Position numbers and translations under genes: made by a program. Below, in pieces: positions 40,534 to 51,213 of a stretch of DNA of 64,000 nucleotides; position 1 is the stretch's first letter; each line of letters begins with the position of its first letter. Origin of the DNA: an uncultured Clostridia bacterium (GTDB lineage: Bacteria > Bacillota > Clostridia > Peptostreptococcales > Anaerovoracaceae); contig CAMCQA010000003.1 in assembly GCA_945876935.1 (NCBI GenBank), positions 7,008-71,007 of the forward strand, written 5' to 3'. The notes beneath the pieces are model-generated. The model was not told the DNA's origin. It was given only the letters and a program-made list of their open reading frames with translations, and ran no database searches.

Positions 40534-41109
40534 CTATTTAATAATGATACCTACTGATGATGGATCACATGCAGCTGCATTACCTTCATCTGTATCGATA
40601 TGGCACTCCCTCTCGTGGCCTTCACCTGCTCTTATTAGAACATTGTGGTAAACTAAAGGTCTTTCTCCTCCTTTAATTTCAAGACTTACTATGTCCTTAT
40701 CTTTAACGCCTGCTTCTTCTGCCTGAGCTGCTGATAAGTGAATATGTCTCCAAGCAACGATAACTCCTTCTTCAATTTCAACTTCACCTGCAGGTCCTAT
40801 AAGCTTACATCCTGCTGATCCTTCTAGCTTACCAGACTCTCTGATAGGTGGCTTCAATCCTATGCCTCTAGCATCTGTCATAGCAAGTTCAACCTGAGTC
40901 TGTGATCTAGCTGGACCTAAAACTCTAATTCCTTTTAGAGTTCCCTTAGGACCTACTACATCAACTTTTTCTTCACAAGCGTACTGTCCTGGCTGAACAA
41001 GATCCTTCATAGGAGTTAGTTCATGACCTTCTCCAAATAGAATATTTATGTGTTCCTTACTTAAATGAAGGTGTTTGTTTGAAATACCAATTTTTACTTC
41101 ATAACCCAT
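40534..41109 (-). CDS. pduL: Phosphate propanoyl/acyltransferase PduL
   Basis: SNKHLHLS, QPGQYACEE, LGPARSQTQVE, RHIH, HIDTDEGNAA. Confidence 0.93.
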   Translation of the reverse strand: MGYEVKIGISNKHLHLSKEHINILFGEGHELTPMKDLVQPGQYACEEKVDVVGPKGTLKGIRVLGPARSQTQVELAMTDARGIGLKPPIRESGKLEGSAGCKLIGPAGEVEIEEGVIVAWRHIHLSAAQAEEAGVKDKDIVSLEIKGGERPLVYHNVLIRAGEGHERECHIDTDEGNAAACDPSSVGIIIK

Positions 41110-41168
41110 TTTTATTACCTCTTTCCAAATTTTAAAATTATGTTATATTTTATATGTTTACAGCCTAA

Positions 41169-41684
41169 TTAATCTAAGGCTGAAATATATGGAAGCTGTC
41201 TATATTTTTGATCATAGTCTAGACCGTAGCCTACTATAAATCTATTCTCTACTGAGAAACCAACATAATCTACATCAATATCTACTTTTCTTCCTTCTGG
41301 CTTATCTAAAAGAGTGCATATTTTTACATCCTTTGCCCCTCTATTCTTCAGATAACCTACAAGGTAGTTCAAAGTAATTCCACTGTCTATTATGTCTTCA
41401 ACTATAAGAACAGTCTTTCCAGATATATCTTCTTCAATATCCTTTACGATTTTTACCGTTCCGGATGTTCTCGTGGAAGCTCCATAACTAGAGCAAGCCA
41501 TGAAATCTATTTTAAGATTTTCTAAATCTATACGCTTCATAAGGTCTCCCATCCAAGGAATAGACCCTTTGAGTATTCCTAGAAGAATTACATCTTCATC
41601 TTTCAAATCTTTGCTGATCTCTTCTCCTAGCTCTTTTGCTCTACATAATATTTGTTCTTCTGTAATGAGAATTTCTCTCTCCAT
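41169..41684 (-). CDS. hpt: Hypoxanthine phosphoribosyltransferase
   Basis: LKGS, VLIVEDIIDSGITL, LLDKP, VGYGLDY. Confidence 0.95.
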   Translation of the reverse strand: MEREILITEEQILCRAKELGEEISKDLKDEDVILLGILKGSIPWMGDLMKRIDLENLKIDFMACSSYGASTRTSGTVKIVKDIEEDISGKTVLIVEDIIDSGITLNYLVGYLKNRGAKDVKICTLLDKPEGRKVDIDVDYVGFSVENRFIVGYGLDYDQKYRQLPYISALD

Positions 41685-41981
41685 CTACTGCTCCTCCACT
41701 TGATAGTCTTCAGTCTCTATTATATCTCTTCCTTTATATTTTGATGAATAATTCTTTTTACCCTTAAATTGAGGATTTAAAGAGCTATTTATAATATAAA
41801 GTATTATCACCCATAAAATTATATCATCTATAAAGCCTACGGGCAACAGAAAGTCAGGCAAAATCTCTATAGGCGAAACGAGATAAACAACACCAAATAC
41901 AACTAAGAGTTTCTTCCATAAAGCAACGCTCTTATCTTTCAGCATATTTAGTATAGCACCTATGTACCTGAATACCCCCAT
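41685..41981 (-). CDS. YkvA/DUF1232 membrane protein
   Basis: YLVSPIEILPDFLLPVGFIDD signature. Confidence 0.88.
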   Translation of the reverse strand: MGVFRYIGAILNMLKDKSVALWKKLLVVFGVVYLVSPIEILPDFLLPVGFIDDIILWVIILYIINSSLNPQFKGKKNYSSKYKGRDIIETEDYQVEEQ

Positions 41982-42032
41982 ACTTATACCTCTTTTCCAG
42001 ATATGTCAAAGGCTGATGAAATATCTTTCATT

Positions 42033-42641
42033 CTATATCTCCTTTGAAGATAGCAAATCATCCATAACTTCAAGAAGTTTATCTTGACCTGTTTTCTTAA
42101 GGGAAGATATAGGTATTATTATATCTTCTGCACTCATTCCAAGAGACTTTCTAATCATGGCTTCATGCTTTTTAATATGATTTCTAGATATTTTATCAGA
42201 TTTTGTTGCTACAACTATTCCATCTAAATTATAGTGCTTGAGATATTCATACATTTGCACATCCTGCTTGCTAGGTTCATGTCTTATATCAACAAGCTGT
42301 ATAACTTTTAAAAGCTTGCTTCTAGATGTCAAATACTCATCTATCATATCACCCCATGAATTGCTCAGAGACTTTGACACCTTAGCGTAGCCATATCCAG
42401 GTAAATCTACAATTCTAAATTCACCGTTTATCTCATAAAAGTTTATTGTTCTAGTCTTACCAGGACTTCCTGATACTTTAGCTAGCTTTTTCCTATTTGT
42501 TAGAAGGTTTAAAAGGGAAGATTTTCCAACATTGGATCTTCCTGCAAAAGCTAGTTCATACATATCTTCACTAGGATACTGATCTTTTCTTCCTGTTACT
42601 GCAACAATTTCTGCTTTCTTTATCTCTATCATAGATACCAC
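42033..42641 (-). CDS. engB: Ribosome biogenesis GTPase EngB/YsxC
   Basis: GRSNVGKSS, DLPGYGYA, DIRH, TKSDK; follows lon. Confidence 0.96.
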   Translation of the reverse strand: MVSMIEIKKAEIVAVTGRKDQYPSEDMYELAFAGRSNVGKSSLLNLLTNRKKLAKVSGSPGKTRTINFYEINGEFRIVDLPGYGYAKVSKSLSNSWGDMIDEYLTSRSKLLKVIQLVDIRHEPSKQDVQMYEYLKHYNLDGIVVATKSDKISRNHIKKHEAMIRKSLGMSAEDIIIPISSLKKTGQDKLLEVMDDLLSSKEI

Positions 42642-42651
42642 CGTTCACTAT

Positions 42652-44952
42652 TTATAAAACTTCAGCAAGAGCCTGATCAACCTTTTCTACTAAAACAAAT
42701 TCTAGGTCTTCTCTTACAGATTCTGGAATATCATCTATATCCCTCTCATTTTCCTTAGGAAGAAGCACTTTCTTTACACCTGCTCTATGAGCTGCAATAA
42801 CTTTTTCCTTTATGCCGCCAACAGGAAGTACTCTACCTGTAAGCGTAACCTCTCCTGTCATAGAAACATCTTTTCGAATAGGTGTTTTACTTAAAGCAGA
42901 TATAATTGCCACCGACATAGTTACACCTGCAGATGGTCCATCTTTTGGAACAGCTCCTTCTGGCACATGTATATGAATATCTGTATTTTTATAGAATTCT
43001 TTATCTATGTCATACTTATCTGCAACCGTTCTAACGAAACTTATAGCGGCTTTTGCTGACTCCTGCATAACTTTACCCAACTGACCAGTAAGCTCTATCT
43101 TTCCTGTTCCTGGAACGATAACAACCTCTATAAATAGGGTATCTCCACCTACAGCAGTCCATGCCATGCCAGTTGCTACTCCAACTTCTTTCTTACCTGT
43201 TATCTTATCGTAGGTAACCTTCTTCTTACCTAAAAGTTCTTCAAGATCTGCTGGCTTTATTTTATATCCTTCAACCTCACCAACCGCTATCTTCTTAATT
43301 ACTTTTCTAATAAGTGTAGCTATTTCTCTCTCAAGGTTTCTTACGCCTGCTTCTCTAGTATAGTAGCTTATAACATCTTTTATGGCCTTATCTGTTATAG
43401 AAAACTCAGATTTATTAACACTAAGCTCCTTCATTTTTTTAGGGGCTAGATATTTTTTAGCAATATGAAACTTCTCTTCATATGTATATGCATGAACCTG
43501 AATAATTTCCATTCTATCTCTTAAAGGTCCTGGTATTGTATCTAGCGAATTTGCTGTAGCAATAAACATAACCTTCGATAAGTCAAAAGGAACTTCTAAA
43601 TAATGGTCTACAAAAGTCTTATTTTGTTCTGGATCTAAAACTTCTAAAAGAGCTGACGAAGGATCTCCTTTATAATCACTTCCAAGCTTATCTATTTCAT
43701 CAAGTAAAAATACAGGGTTTCTAGTATCTACTTCTTTAATAGCATTGATAATTCTACCTGGAATAGCTCCAATATACGTTCTTCTATGACCCCTTATTTC
43801 TGCTTCATCTCTAACTCCACCCAGAGACATTCTAACAAATTTTCTGCCTGTGGCTGTAGCTATGGATTTAGCAATAGAAGTCTTTCCTGTACCAGGAGGC
43901 CCAACTAAGCAAAGAATAGGCGATTTAATATCCTTATTTTTCCATAGAACTGCAAGATGTTCTAAAACTCTCTCCTTAACCTTATCAAGTCCATAGTGAT
44001 CATTTCTCAGAATCTCTTCCGACTTTTTCATATCTTGATTTTCTTCATCAAGCTTATTCCAAGGTAACTCTAAAAGAGTATCTAAATACGTTCTGATTAC
44101 ATTGGATTCAGGAGAAGATATCTTCATAATAGAATATCTTTTAATCTCCTTTTCAACTTTATTTTTAACATCTTCAGGAAGTATAATATCCTTCAACATG
44201 TCTCTCCATCTGTCAACATCTTCAGATATATCATCTCCCTCTTCAAGCTCTTCATTTATAGCTTTTATCTTTTCGCGCAGATAGTACTCCGTTTGATTTT
44301 TCTCCATCTGCTCTTTTATTCTTTTTTCAATCTTTTCTTCCAAGGAAAGAACTGCTACCTTTTGATTAAGAATAGAAATTACAAAATCCAATCTATCAAA
44401 AGAGTTATCTATTTCTAAAATAGTCTGCTTTTCTTTAAAGCTAATATCTAAATAATCACCAATTTTATCTGATATTTCATAAGCTCTCTCTATTGAACTG
44501 ACAAAACTTTTAAACTCTTTTGGAATTGTTGTAGACTTTGATACATAATCATCAAAGGCTCTTTTTGCAACATTAACTAAAGCTTCTTCTTCAGGAGTTA
44601 TTTGTGTTTCTACCTCTCCTCTATCAAGCTTAGCAACATCGCACTCCATATAACTATTATCATCACTTACACTAGAAATACTAGCTGAATATAAACCTTC
44701 AACTGCGATGCTTATTATGTTCTGTGGCTTTCTAGCCATCTGTTTTATACGACAAACAGTTCCAACTTCGTAAATATCAGAACTATCTGGTAAATCTATA
44801 TCTATCTCCTTTTGTGCTACAAGCAAAACCAATCTATCGTTTTCCATAGCAACTTCAAGAGCTTGCTTCGATCTTTCTCTGCCCACATCTATGTTGTATA
44901 TTCCACCTGGAAAAGCAACTAGACCTTTGAGCGGTATAGCGGGAAATCTCAT
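42652..44952 (-). CDS. lon: Lon protease
   Basis: DHYGL, GPPGTGKTS, HRRTYIGA, LDEIDK, PKDGPSAG, GGIKEK. Confidence 0.97.
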   Translation of the reverse strand: MRFPAIPLKGLVAFPGGIYNIDVGRERSKQALEVAMENDRLVLLVAQKEIDIDLPDSSDIYEVGTVCRIKQMARKPQNIISIAVEGLYSASISSVSDDNSYMECDVAKLDRGEVETQITPEEEALVNVAKRAFDDYVSKSTTIPKEFKSFVSSIERAYEISDKIGDYLDISFKEKQTILEIDNSFDRLDFVISILNQKVAVLSLEEKIEKRIKEQMEKNQTEYYLREKIKAINEELEEGDDISEDVDRWRDMLKDIILPEDVKNKVEKEIKRYSIMKISSPESNVIRTYLDTLLELPWNKLDEENQDMKKSEEILRNDHYGLDKVKERVLEHLAVLWKNKDIKSPILCLVGPPGTGKTSIAKSIATATGRKFVRMSLGGVRDEAEIRGHRRTYIGAIPGRIINAIKEVDTRNPVFLLDEIDKLGSDYKGDPSSALLEVLDPEQNKTFVDHYLEVPFDLSKVMFIATANSLDTIPGPLRDRMEIIQVHAYTYEEKFHIAKKYLAPKKMKELSVNKSEFSITDKAIKDVISYYTREAGVRNLEREIATLIRKVIKKIAVGEVEGYKIKPADLEELLGKKKVTYDKITGKKEVGVATGMAWTAVGGDTLFIEVVIVPGTGKIELTGQLGKVMQESAKAAISFVRTVADKYDIDKEFYKNTDIHIHVPEGAVPKDGPSAGVTMSVAIISALSKTPIRKDVSMTGEVTLTGRVLPVGGIKEKVIAAHRAGVKKVLLPKENERDIDDIPESVREDLEFVLVEKVDQALAEVL

Positions 44953-44973
44953 TTCTCCCTCCTTTCTGAAAAA

Positions 44974-44995
44974 GGCGACCTATTTTAAAGCCGCC
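44974..44995 (-). terminator. Terminator-like hairpin between clpX and lon
   Basis: GGCGGCUU-loop-AGGUCGCC followed by UUUUU. Confidence 0.55.
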
Positions 44996-45002
44996 ATAAT
45001 AT

Positions 45003-46193
45003 CTATATCATTTCTTCTGTAATTACACATTTCTTAATATTTTCATCTGATGGAATCTCATACATAAGTTCTAACATAACCTCTTCTAAGATTCCTCTTA
45101 GGCCTCTAGCACCTGTTTTTCTAGCTATAGCCTTCTTTGCTATCTTTCTAATAGCAGCTTCATCAAACTCAAGTTCTACACCATCGAGTTCAAATAGCTT
45201 TTTATATTGCTTTATCAAAGCATTTTTAGGTTTTGTAAGTATGTCTACCAGAGATTCTTCATCAAGATCAGATAATGAAACTATAGCTGGTAGTCTTCCT
45301 ATAAATTCTGGAATAATCCCATACTGTATCAGATCATCCGGCTGTACATCTTTTAGAAGACTTTCATTTGATTCCTTAGAAGAAGCTATCTGATCATTGC
45401 TTCCAAATCCTATTACCTTCTCTCCAGACCTTCTCTTTATAATTTTTTCAATACCATCAAAAGCTCCACCACATATGAACAAGATATCCTTAGTATCAAC
45501 AGGAATAAACTCTTTTCCAGGATGTTTTCTTCCTCCTTGAGGCGGAACATTAGCTACAGTACCTTCTAGAATTTTTAGAAGAGCTTGCTGAACACCTTCA
45601 CCTGATACATCTCTCGTTATAGAGCGATTTTCTGATTTTCTTGATATTTTATCAATTTCGTCCACATAAATTATTCCTATCTGTGCTTTTTCTACATCAA
45701 AGTCAGCTGCCTGAATAAGTCTTAGAAGAATATTCTCTACATCTTCTCCTACATAACCCGCTTCTGTCAAAGCTGTAGCATCAGCGATAGCAAACGGAAC
45801 ATTAAGTGTCTTAGCTAATACTTGAGCCAATAGGGTTTTCCCAGAGCCTGTCGGACCCAAAAGAAGAACATTACTCTTTTGAAGCTCAACATCTGAGTCT
45901 GTACCTCTTTCTTTTATTCTCTTATAATGGTTGTATACTGCCACAGCTAAAGTCTTTTTAGCTTCATCCTGTCCTATTACATACTCAGATAACTTCTCAA
46001 CTATTTCTTTAGGCTTAAGAAGGGTTAACTCACCAGTTTCCTTCTCGATTTTAAACTCCTCTTCCATAAGTTCATATCCAAGTTGTATACACTCATCACA
46101 AATATAAGCATCATTACCTGCTATAAGCCTTTTAACCTGACTTTTTGGCTTCATGCAAAAGGAGCACTTCATTTCTTCTTGGTAAGTTGTCAT
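45003..46193 (-). CDS. clpX: ATP-dependent Clp protease ATP-binding subunit ClpX
   Basis: CSFC/CDEC zinc domain, [29 protein letters not shown] loop. Confidence 0.97.
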   Translation of the reverse strand: MTTYQEEMKCSFCMKPKSQVKRLIAGNDAYICDECIQLGYELMEEEFKIEKETGELTLLKPKEIVEKLSEYVIGQDEAKKTLAVAVYNHYKRIKERGTDSDVELQKSNVLLLGPTGSGKTLLAQVLAKTLNVPFAIADATALTEAGYVGEDVENILLRLIQAADFDVEKAQIGIIYVDEIDKISRKSENRSITRDVSGEGVQQALLKILEGTVANVPPQGGRKHPGKEFIPVDTKDILFICGGAFDGIEKIIKRRSGEKVIGFGSNDQIASSKESNESLLKDVQPDDLIQYGIIPEFIGRLPAIVSLSDLDEESLVDILTKPKNALIKQYKKLFELDGVELEFDEAAIRKIAKKAIARKTGARGLRGILEEVMLELMYEIPSDENIKKCVITEEMI

Positions 46194-46205
46194 ATATTTA
46201 ATGTC

Positions 46206-46787
46206 CTACTTTCTTTCCATTACTTCATCGATAAGGCCATACTCCATAGCTTCCTGAGAGGACATGTAGTTATCTCTATCTGTATCTTTTTCAATAGTCT
46301 CAAGACTCTGTCCCGTATTTTCAGATAGCATAGCATTAAGCCTAGCCTTTATTCTTAAAATATTTTCTGCATGGATTCTTATATCCTCAGCCTGTCCTCT
46401 AACTCCACCTAACGGTTGATGAATCATGATTTCAGCATTTGGAAGTGCAAATCTTTTTCCTTTTTCTCCTGCAGATAGTAGAAAGGCTCCCATACTAGCA
46501 GCTTGTCCTATACATATAGTCGACACTTTCGCATTTATGTACTTCATAGTGTCATATATAGCAAGTCCAGCAGTTACAGAGCCTCCTGGACTGTTTATAT
46601 ACATGTATATATCTTTATTCTTATCTTCGGCTTCAAGGAAGAGAAGCTGAGCAACGACAGTGTCTGCCATTTGACTATTTATCTCGCCGCTTATAAAGAT
46701 TATTCTATCCTTTAAAAGTCTAGAATATATATCATAGGTTCTCTCACCCTTGCTAGTTTGTTCTATTACATAAGGCACTAACCCCAT
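46206..46787 (-). CDS. clpP: Clp protease proteolytic subunit ClpP
   Basis: [31 protein letters not shown]; start after GAGGAGG. Confidence 0.97.
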   Translation of the reverse strand: MGLVPYVIEQTSKGERTYDIYSRLLKDRIIFISGEINSQMADTVVAQLLFLEAEDKNKDIYMYINSPGGSVTAGLAIYDTMKYINAKVSTICIGQAASMGAFLLSAGEKGKRFALPNAEIMIHQPLGGVRGQAEDIRIHAENILRIKARLNAMLSENTGQSLETIEKDTDRDNYMSSQEAMEYGLIDEVMERK

Positions 46788-46820
46788 AATTCTCCTCCTC
46801 GAAACTTGTAATATCAATTA

Positions 46821-48098
46821 CTATTTAACTGATGCATTATCAAATACGATGTCTATAGCTTTCTTCATTTTTACATCATTTTCAATAAAGCTTAAATCCT
46901 GCATCATATTCTTAATCTGATCTACCTCTAGACCATACTGAATTGCTAGAAGCTCTAGCTCTTTATTTACTTCTTCTTCGCTTACAGTAATATCTTCGGC
47001 TTCCATAACAGCTCTGATAAGCATTCTCATCTTAACTCTTAACTCAGCGTCTGGCTTCATTTCATCTCTAAGCTGGTTCATGTCTCTTCCTAGCATAGAT
47101 AAATACATGTCCATGTTAACACCGCTCTGTGAAAGCTGCATGTTCATGTCTCTAACCATATTATCGATTTCATCTTTGATCATAACTTCAGGTACATCGA
47201 TAGGGTTTACTTCAACTAGCTTTTCTAAAGCCTTATCCTTCATCTGGTTATCTGCCCATGCCTTCTTAGACTTTTCTAAGTTTTCCTTAAGGTCTTTTTT
47301 AAACTCATCAAGAGTGTCAAATTCGCTTATATCCTGAACGAACTCATCATCTAACTCTGGAAGTTCTTCTTCTTTTACTTCATGAACAAGGCACTTGAAT
47401 ATCGCATCCTTACCAGCAAGATCTGGCGAATGATACTCTTCTGGGAAAGTAACTTTTACTTCTACTTCTACTTCCTTTTCCGCACCGATCAACTGTTCTT
47501 CAAAACCTGGGATAAACTGACCAGAACCTATCTTTAGTTCATGGTTTTCAGCAGTTCCACCAGCAAACTGTTCATCTCCTACGAAGCCTTTGTAGTCAAG
47601 AATTACTGTGTCACCTTCCTGAACTTTTCTATCAACAGAGATAATTCTAGCGTTCTTCTTTCTAGCTGCTTCAAGCTCTCTCTCCATATCTTCTTCAGTT
47701 ACTTCACCATCAATCTTTTCAATTTCTAGACCCTTGTAAGTTTCTAGCTTAACTTCTGGATATGTGTCAACTGTAACTGTAATTTCTAATTCTTTGCCTG
47801 ATTCAAATTTACCAAATTCCATTCTTGGAGTGTCAATTGGCTCAATATCTAATTCCTTTAGAGCATCTGGGTATCCTGCTGCTAAAACATCGTTGATAGC
47901 ATCATCTAGGAATACACCTTCTCCATATTTCTTTTCAATTATGCTTCTAGGAGCTTTTCCCTTTCTAAAGCCATCTATTGCAAACTGATCCTTGTTTCTC
48001 TTATAAACTTCCACCTTTCCAGCTTCTAGTTCCTCTGGACTAATTACAATAGTAAACTTTGCTTCTCCGCTTCCTTTTGAAATCAATGTGTTTTTCAT
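46821..48098 (-). CDS. tig: Trigger factor
   Basis: GFRKGKAP signature, FKBP domain (GSGQFIPGFEEQL, FPEEYH). Confidence 0.97.
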   Translation of the reverse strand: MKNTLISKGSGEAKFTIVISPEELEAGKVEVYKRNKDQFAIDGFRKGKAPRSIIEKKYGEGVFLDDAINDVLAAGYPDALKELDIEPIDTPRMEFGKFESGKELEITVTVDTYPEVKLETYKGLEIEKIDGEVTEEDMERELEAARKKNARIISVDRKVQEGDTVILDYKGFVGDEQFAGGTAENHELKIGSGQFIPGFEEQLIGAEKEVEVEVKVTFPEEYHSPDLAGKDAIFKCLVHEVKEEELPELDDEFVQDISEFDTLDEFKKDLKENLEKSKKAWADNQMKDKALEKLVEVNPIDVPEVMIKDEIDNMVRDMNMQLSQSGVNMDMYLSMLGRDMNQLRDEMKPDAELRVKMRMLIRAVMEAEDITVSEEEVNKELELLAIQYGLEVDQIKNMMQDLSFIENDVKMKKAIDIVFDNASVK

Positions 48099-48117
48099 CT
48101 TTCTTCCTCCTAATGAT

Positions 48118-48783
48118 CTAATTCAAAATCTCCAAACATCTTTGAAACTTACTTTTCTCTATTTCCTTTAAGTGTTCTATAGAAGATAGCTCTTCTTTTA
48201 AAGCTTTCAAGTCTGACTCAACTCCATCAACGAGTTCAACTTCAAGCTCTGTAAAGTCAAAATCTCTTTCATCTCTCTCTACATGGCATCTGTCTATGGA
48301 TAATTCCATTTTACTAGTTCCCACTTCTATGAGAAAAACTTCTCTATTCATTTTAATTGTGAAAAGAGGAGTTAACGAATTAAGTTTGATATGATTTAAA
48401 ATATCTTCATATACTATATTTGTACCTATTTTTTGACCTTCAAAACCATCTTTGAACAGTTTGTTCACATGGTCGTAAGAAATATTGGTATATGATGTAT
48501 CTTTATCTAAAAGCATCGACAATTCTATCCTCTGGAATAAATTTCCTTCCGATTTTGAATCACCTTTAAATTCCAAGCGTGGACCTTCTTCCTTTCCAGT
48601 TTTTCTATACCTTATAGCTACTTTATTATCTTTTAGAAAAAGCTTATCGCTATCAAGGTATGTCGTTTCCACCTGCTTTTCTTTACCTTTTAGAGTTTTT
48701 AAAACACCTTTATCTAGGAGTATCTTTTTTATATCTTCCTCGCAACCCCTTAAAATTTCAAACTTTATTTCAACTTCAAACAT
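48118..48783 (-). CDS. CYTH domain protein (triphosphate tunnel metalloenzyme)
   Basis: N-terminal EVEIK (ExExK) motif, YLD...IRYR, ELEVEL. Confidence 0.82.
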   Translation of the reverse strand: MFEVEIKFEILRGCEEDIKKILLDKGVLKTLKGKEKQVETTYLDSDKLFLKDNKVAIRYRKTGKEEGPRLEFKGDSKSEGNLFQRIELSMLLDKDTSYTNISYDHVNKLFKDGFEGQKIGTNIVYEDILNHIKLNSLTPLFTIKMNREVFLIEVGTSKMELSIDRCHVERDERDFDFTELEVELVDGVESDLKALKEELSSIEHLKEIEKSKFQRCLEILN

Positions 48784-48811
48784 AACCTATCTCCGTTTAA
48801 ACAACATTACA

Positions 48812-48840
48812 ATTTTACCATAAAATATTAGCATTTTCAA
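48812..48840 (-). promoter_or_regulatory. Sigma-A promoter upstream of the CYTH gene and tig
   Basis: TTGAAA, 17 bp spacer ending TG-G, then TAAAAT. Confidence 0.6.
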
Positions 48841-48981
48841 GTAAATTCAAAGATAATAGACTCTTCTTAAACACATAATTTTCAAAATAATATCTCAAAT
48901 TGTATTTGAGTCAAATATAAAAAGTCAGCAAACAATCTAATGTAAAACTGACTTTAAATTAATCACTATTTTATGGCGTTT

Positions 48982-50106
48982 TTACTTTTCTCCGTGAAAT
49001 TGATAGTAACAGGTTTTAAGTCTTCCGTTGTAAAGTTTTCTTCTTCTATTTGCTTCTCTACCCATTACTTTATCTTCTATCTCTTCATCTGTAGTTATCA
49101 TAAACAGAGACCAATCTTTATGCTTTTCATAAAACTTTCCAATAGATGTATATATTTTTTCAAGCTCTTTATCACTACCTATTCTTTTTGCATAAGGAGG
49201 GTTTGTTATTATAATTCCTCTTTCTTTACCCATATCAAACTTCTGAAACGGCATTTCTTCAAAAGTTATCAAATGATCTACACCGGCTTCAATAGCATTT
49301 TCTCTCGCTGCTAAAACAGCTTCTTTATCTATATCATAACCATATATTTCCAAGGATTCGATATCTTTTATAGCTTCAAATGCCAATTTCTTTTCTTCTT
49401 GCCATAAGCTTTTCTCAATAAACTCCCATTGATCTGATGCAAAACTTCTGCTTATTCCTGGAGCAACATTGGATGCGATCATTGCAGCTTCTATCGGTAT
49501 CGTTCCACTACCACAAAATGGATCAACCAAAATTCTGCCTTCATTCCAGAAACTTAGCAAAATCATTGCAGCAGCCATAGTCTCTTTTATCGGAGCTGCC
49601 ACTGGCATAACTCTGTATCCTCTTTTATGAAGACCTTCACCTGTTGTGTCTACAGTAATAGTTGCTATATCCTTTAAAAGTGAAACTTTTACAGTGTACT
49701 CTGCTCCGCTCTCCTCAAACCTTTCAACGCCATAAGTATCTTTAAGCCTTTCAACAATAGCTTTTTTCACTACACTCTGACAAGCTGGAACACTGGAAAG
49801 TTTTGATTTTACGGAGACTCCATTTACTGTAAATTTACCATCTAAAGGTATGAGTTGTTCCCATGGATAGCCTTTAACTCTCTGAAAAAGATCTTCAAAT
49901 TCCAACGCCTTAAATTCATCTACTTTCATAAGTATTCTATCTGGAGTTCTAAGCCACAGATTACTTCTAACAACCCCTCTTTCATCTGCAATATAAGTTA
50001 TCTTTCCGTCAGATACGCTCTCTATTTCATACCCTAAATCTATAATTTCTCTCTTAGCTACAGCTTCTAAACCAAAGGTTGTAGTCGCTATTAGTTTCAA
50101 TCTCAT
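48982..50106 (-). CDS. THUMP-domain SAM-dependent RNA methyltransferase (RlmL/YpsC-like)
   Basis: SNLWLRT, GLHKRGYR, DPFCGSGTI, TNPPY. Confidence 0.9.
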   Translation of the reverse strand: MRLKLIATTTFGLEAVAKREIIDLGYEIESVSDGKITYIADERGVVRSNLWLRTPDRILMKVDEFKALEFEDLFQRVKGYPWEQLIPLDGKFTVNGVSVKSKLSSVPACQSVVKKAIVERLKDTYGVERFEESGAEYTVKVSLLKDIATITVDTTGEGLHKRGYRVMPVAAPIKETMAAAMILLSFWNEGRILVDPFCGSGTIPIEAAMIASNVAPGISRSFASDQWEFIEKSLWQEEKKLAFEAIKDIESLEIYGYDIDKEAVLAARENAIEAGVDHLITFEEMPFQKFDMGKERGIIITNPPYAKRIGSDKELEKIYTSIGKFYEKHKDWSLFMITTDEEIEDKVMGREANRRRKLYNGRLKTCYYQFHGEK

Positions 50107-50120
50107 ATATTTTATCTCCC

Positions 50121-51116
50121 CTAAAATACTACGTCATGAGCTATAGGAGTATAAAACATATTCTCAACTTGAGCCCTATCTTTAGTTATTGATGTAATCC
50201 ACATAAGCTTACAAACTAAACTCTCCGTAGTCATATTGTAACTTTCTAAAATATTTAAATTAGCCTTTATTTCATTACCTACTTGGTAAACCTCTATATT
50301 GCTTCCTTCGTGTGGAACAGATGTAGAGAACACTATTATTTTACCTTCAAGCGTAAGCTCCTTTACAACCTTCGCTAAGCTATCTTCTTCATCATATCTA
50401 GGCAAACCTCCTGTTCCAAAACCTTCAACGATTAAAACATCTGAGGCATTACCTATGAATGCAAGTATTTTTGAGTCTATACCTGGTACCAATTTGATTA
50501 GATTTACCTTATTGTTGAGCTTTTTAAAGAATTGAACTGGCTTATTTATTTCTTCATTTATGTAATAAACAACCTTCTCATTAAATATAACACCTATAAC
50601 AGGGTAGTCTATACTGTCAAAAGCATTGTAACTGTGAGTCTTCGTCTTCCTAGCTCTTGTCCCCAATATGATATTTGAATTAAAAACAATATGTACTCCA
50701 TTTGCTCTATCATCACAAGCAAATATGAAAGCATCATATAAGTTTTTTCTAGCATCAGTATCCTTAAGATATATGGACTTTTGAGATCCTGTTAACACAA
50801 TAGGCTTTTTAGAATTTTGGATCAAGTAGGATAAAGCCGATGCCGTGTATGCTAAGGTATCTGTTCCATGTGTTATTACAAATCCATCGTAGTCATTATA
50901 ATTTTCTTCTATACATCCAGATATTTTAAGCCATCCTTTATAGTCCATATTGCTACTATCTATATTCATAAGCTGTATAGCTTTTATTTCACAAAGATTT
51001 TTTATATCTGGAACAAATTCCAAAATTTCATTGCTGGTTATACTAGGTATAAGGCCCACTTCAGTCTGCTTCGATGCAATAGTGCCGCCAGTTGCAATAA
51101 GTAATATTTTTTTCAT
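50121..51116 (-). CDS. ansA: L-asparaginase, type I
   Basis: ATGGTIAS, HGTDTLAYTAS, LTGSQ. Confidence 0.93.
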   Translation of the reverse strand: MKKILLIATGGTIASKQTEVGLIPSITSNEILEFVPDIKNLCEIKAIQLMNIDSSNMDYKGWLKISGCIEENYNDYDGFVITHGTDTLAYTASALSYLIQNSKKPIVLTGSQKSIYLKDTDARKNLYDAFIFACDDRANGVHIVFNSNIILGTRARKTKTHSYNAFDSIDYPVIGVIFNEKVVYYINEEINKPVQFFKKLNNKVNLIKLVPGIDSKILAFIGNASDVLIVEGFGTGGLPRYDEEDSLAKVVKELTLEGKIIVFSTSVPHEGSNIEVYQVGNEIKANLNILESYNMTTESLVCKLMWITSITKDRAQVENMFYTPIAHDVVF

Positions 51117-51213
51117 ATCAAAAAGCTCCTCTTATTTTTTACTGTATTATTATAACACATATAATTGCCTTATCATAAAAATAGAGCAAAGCACATGCTC
51201 TGCTCTTATTGAT

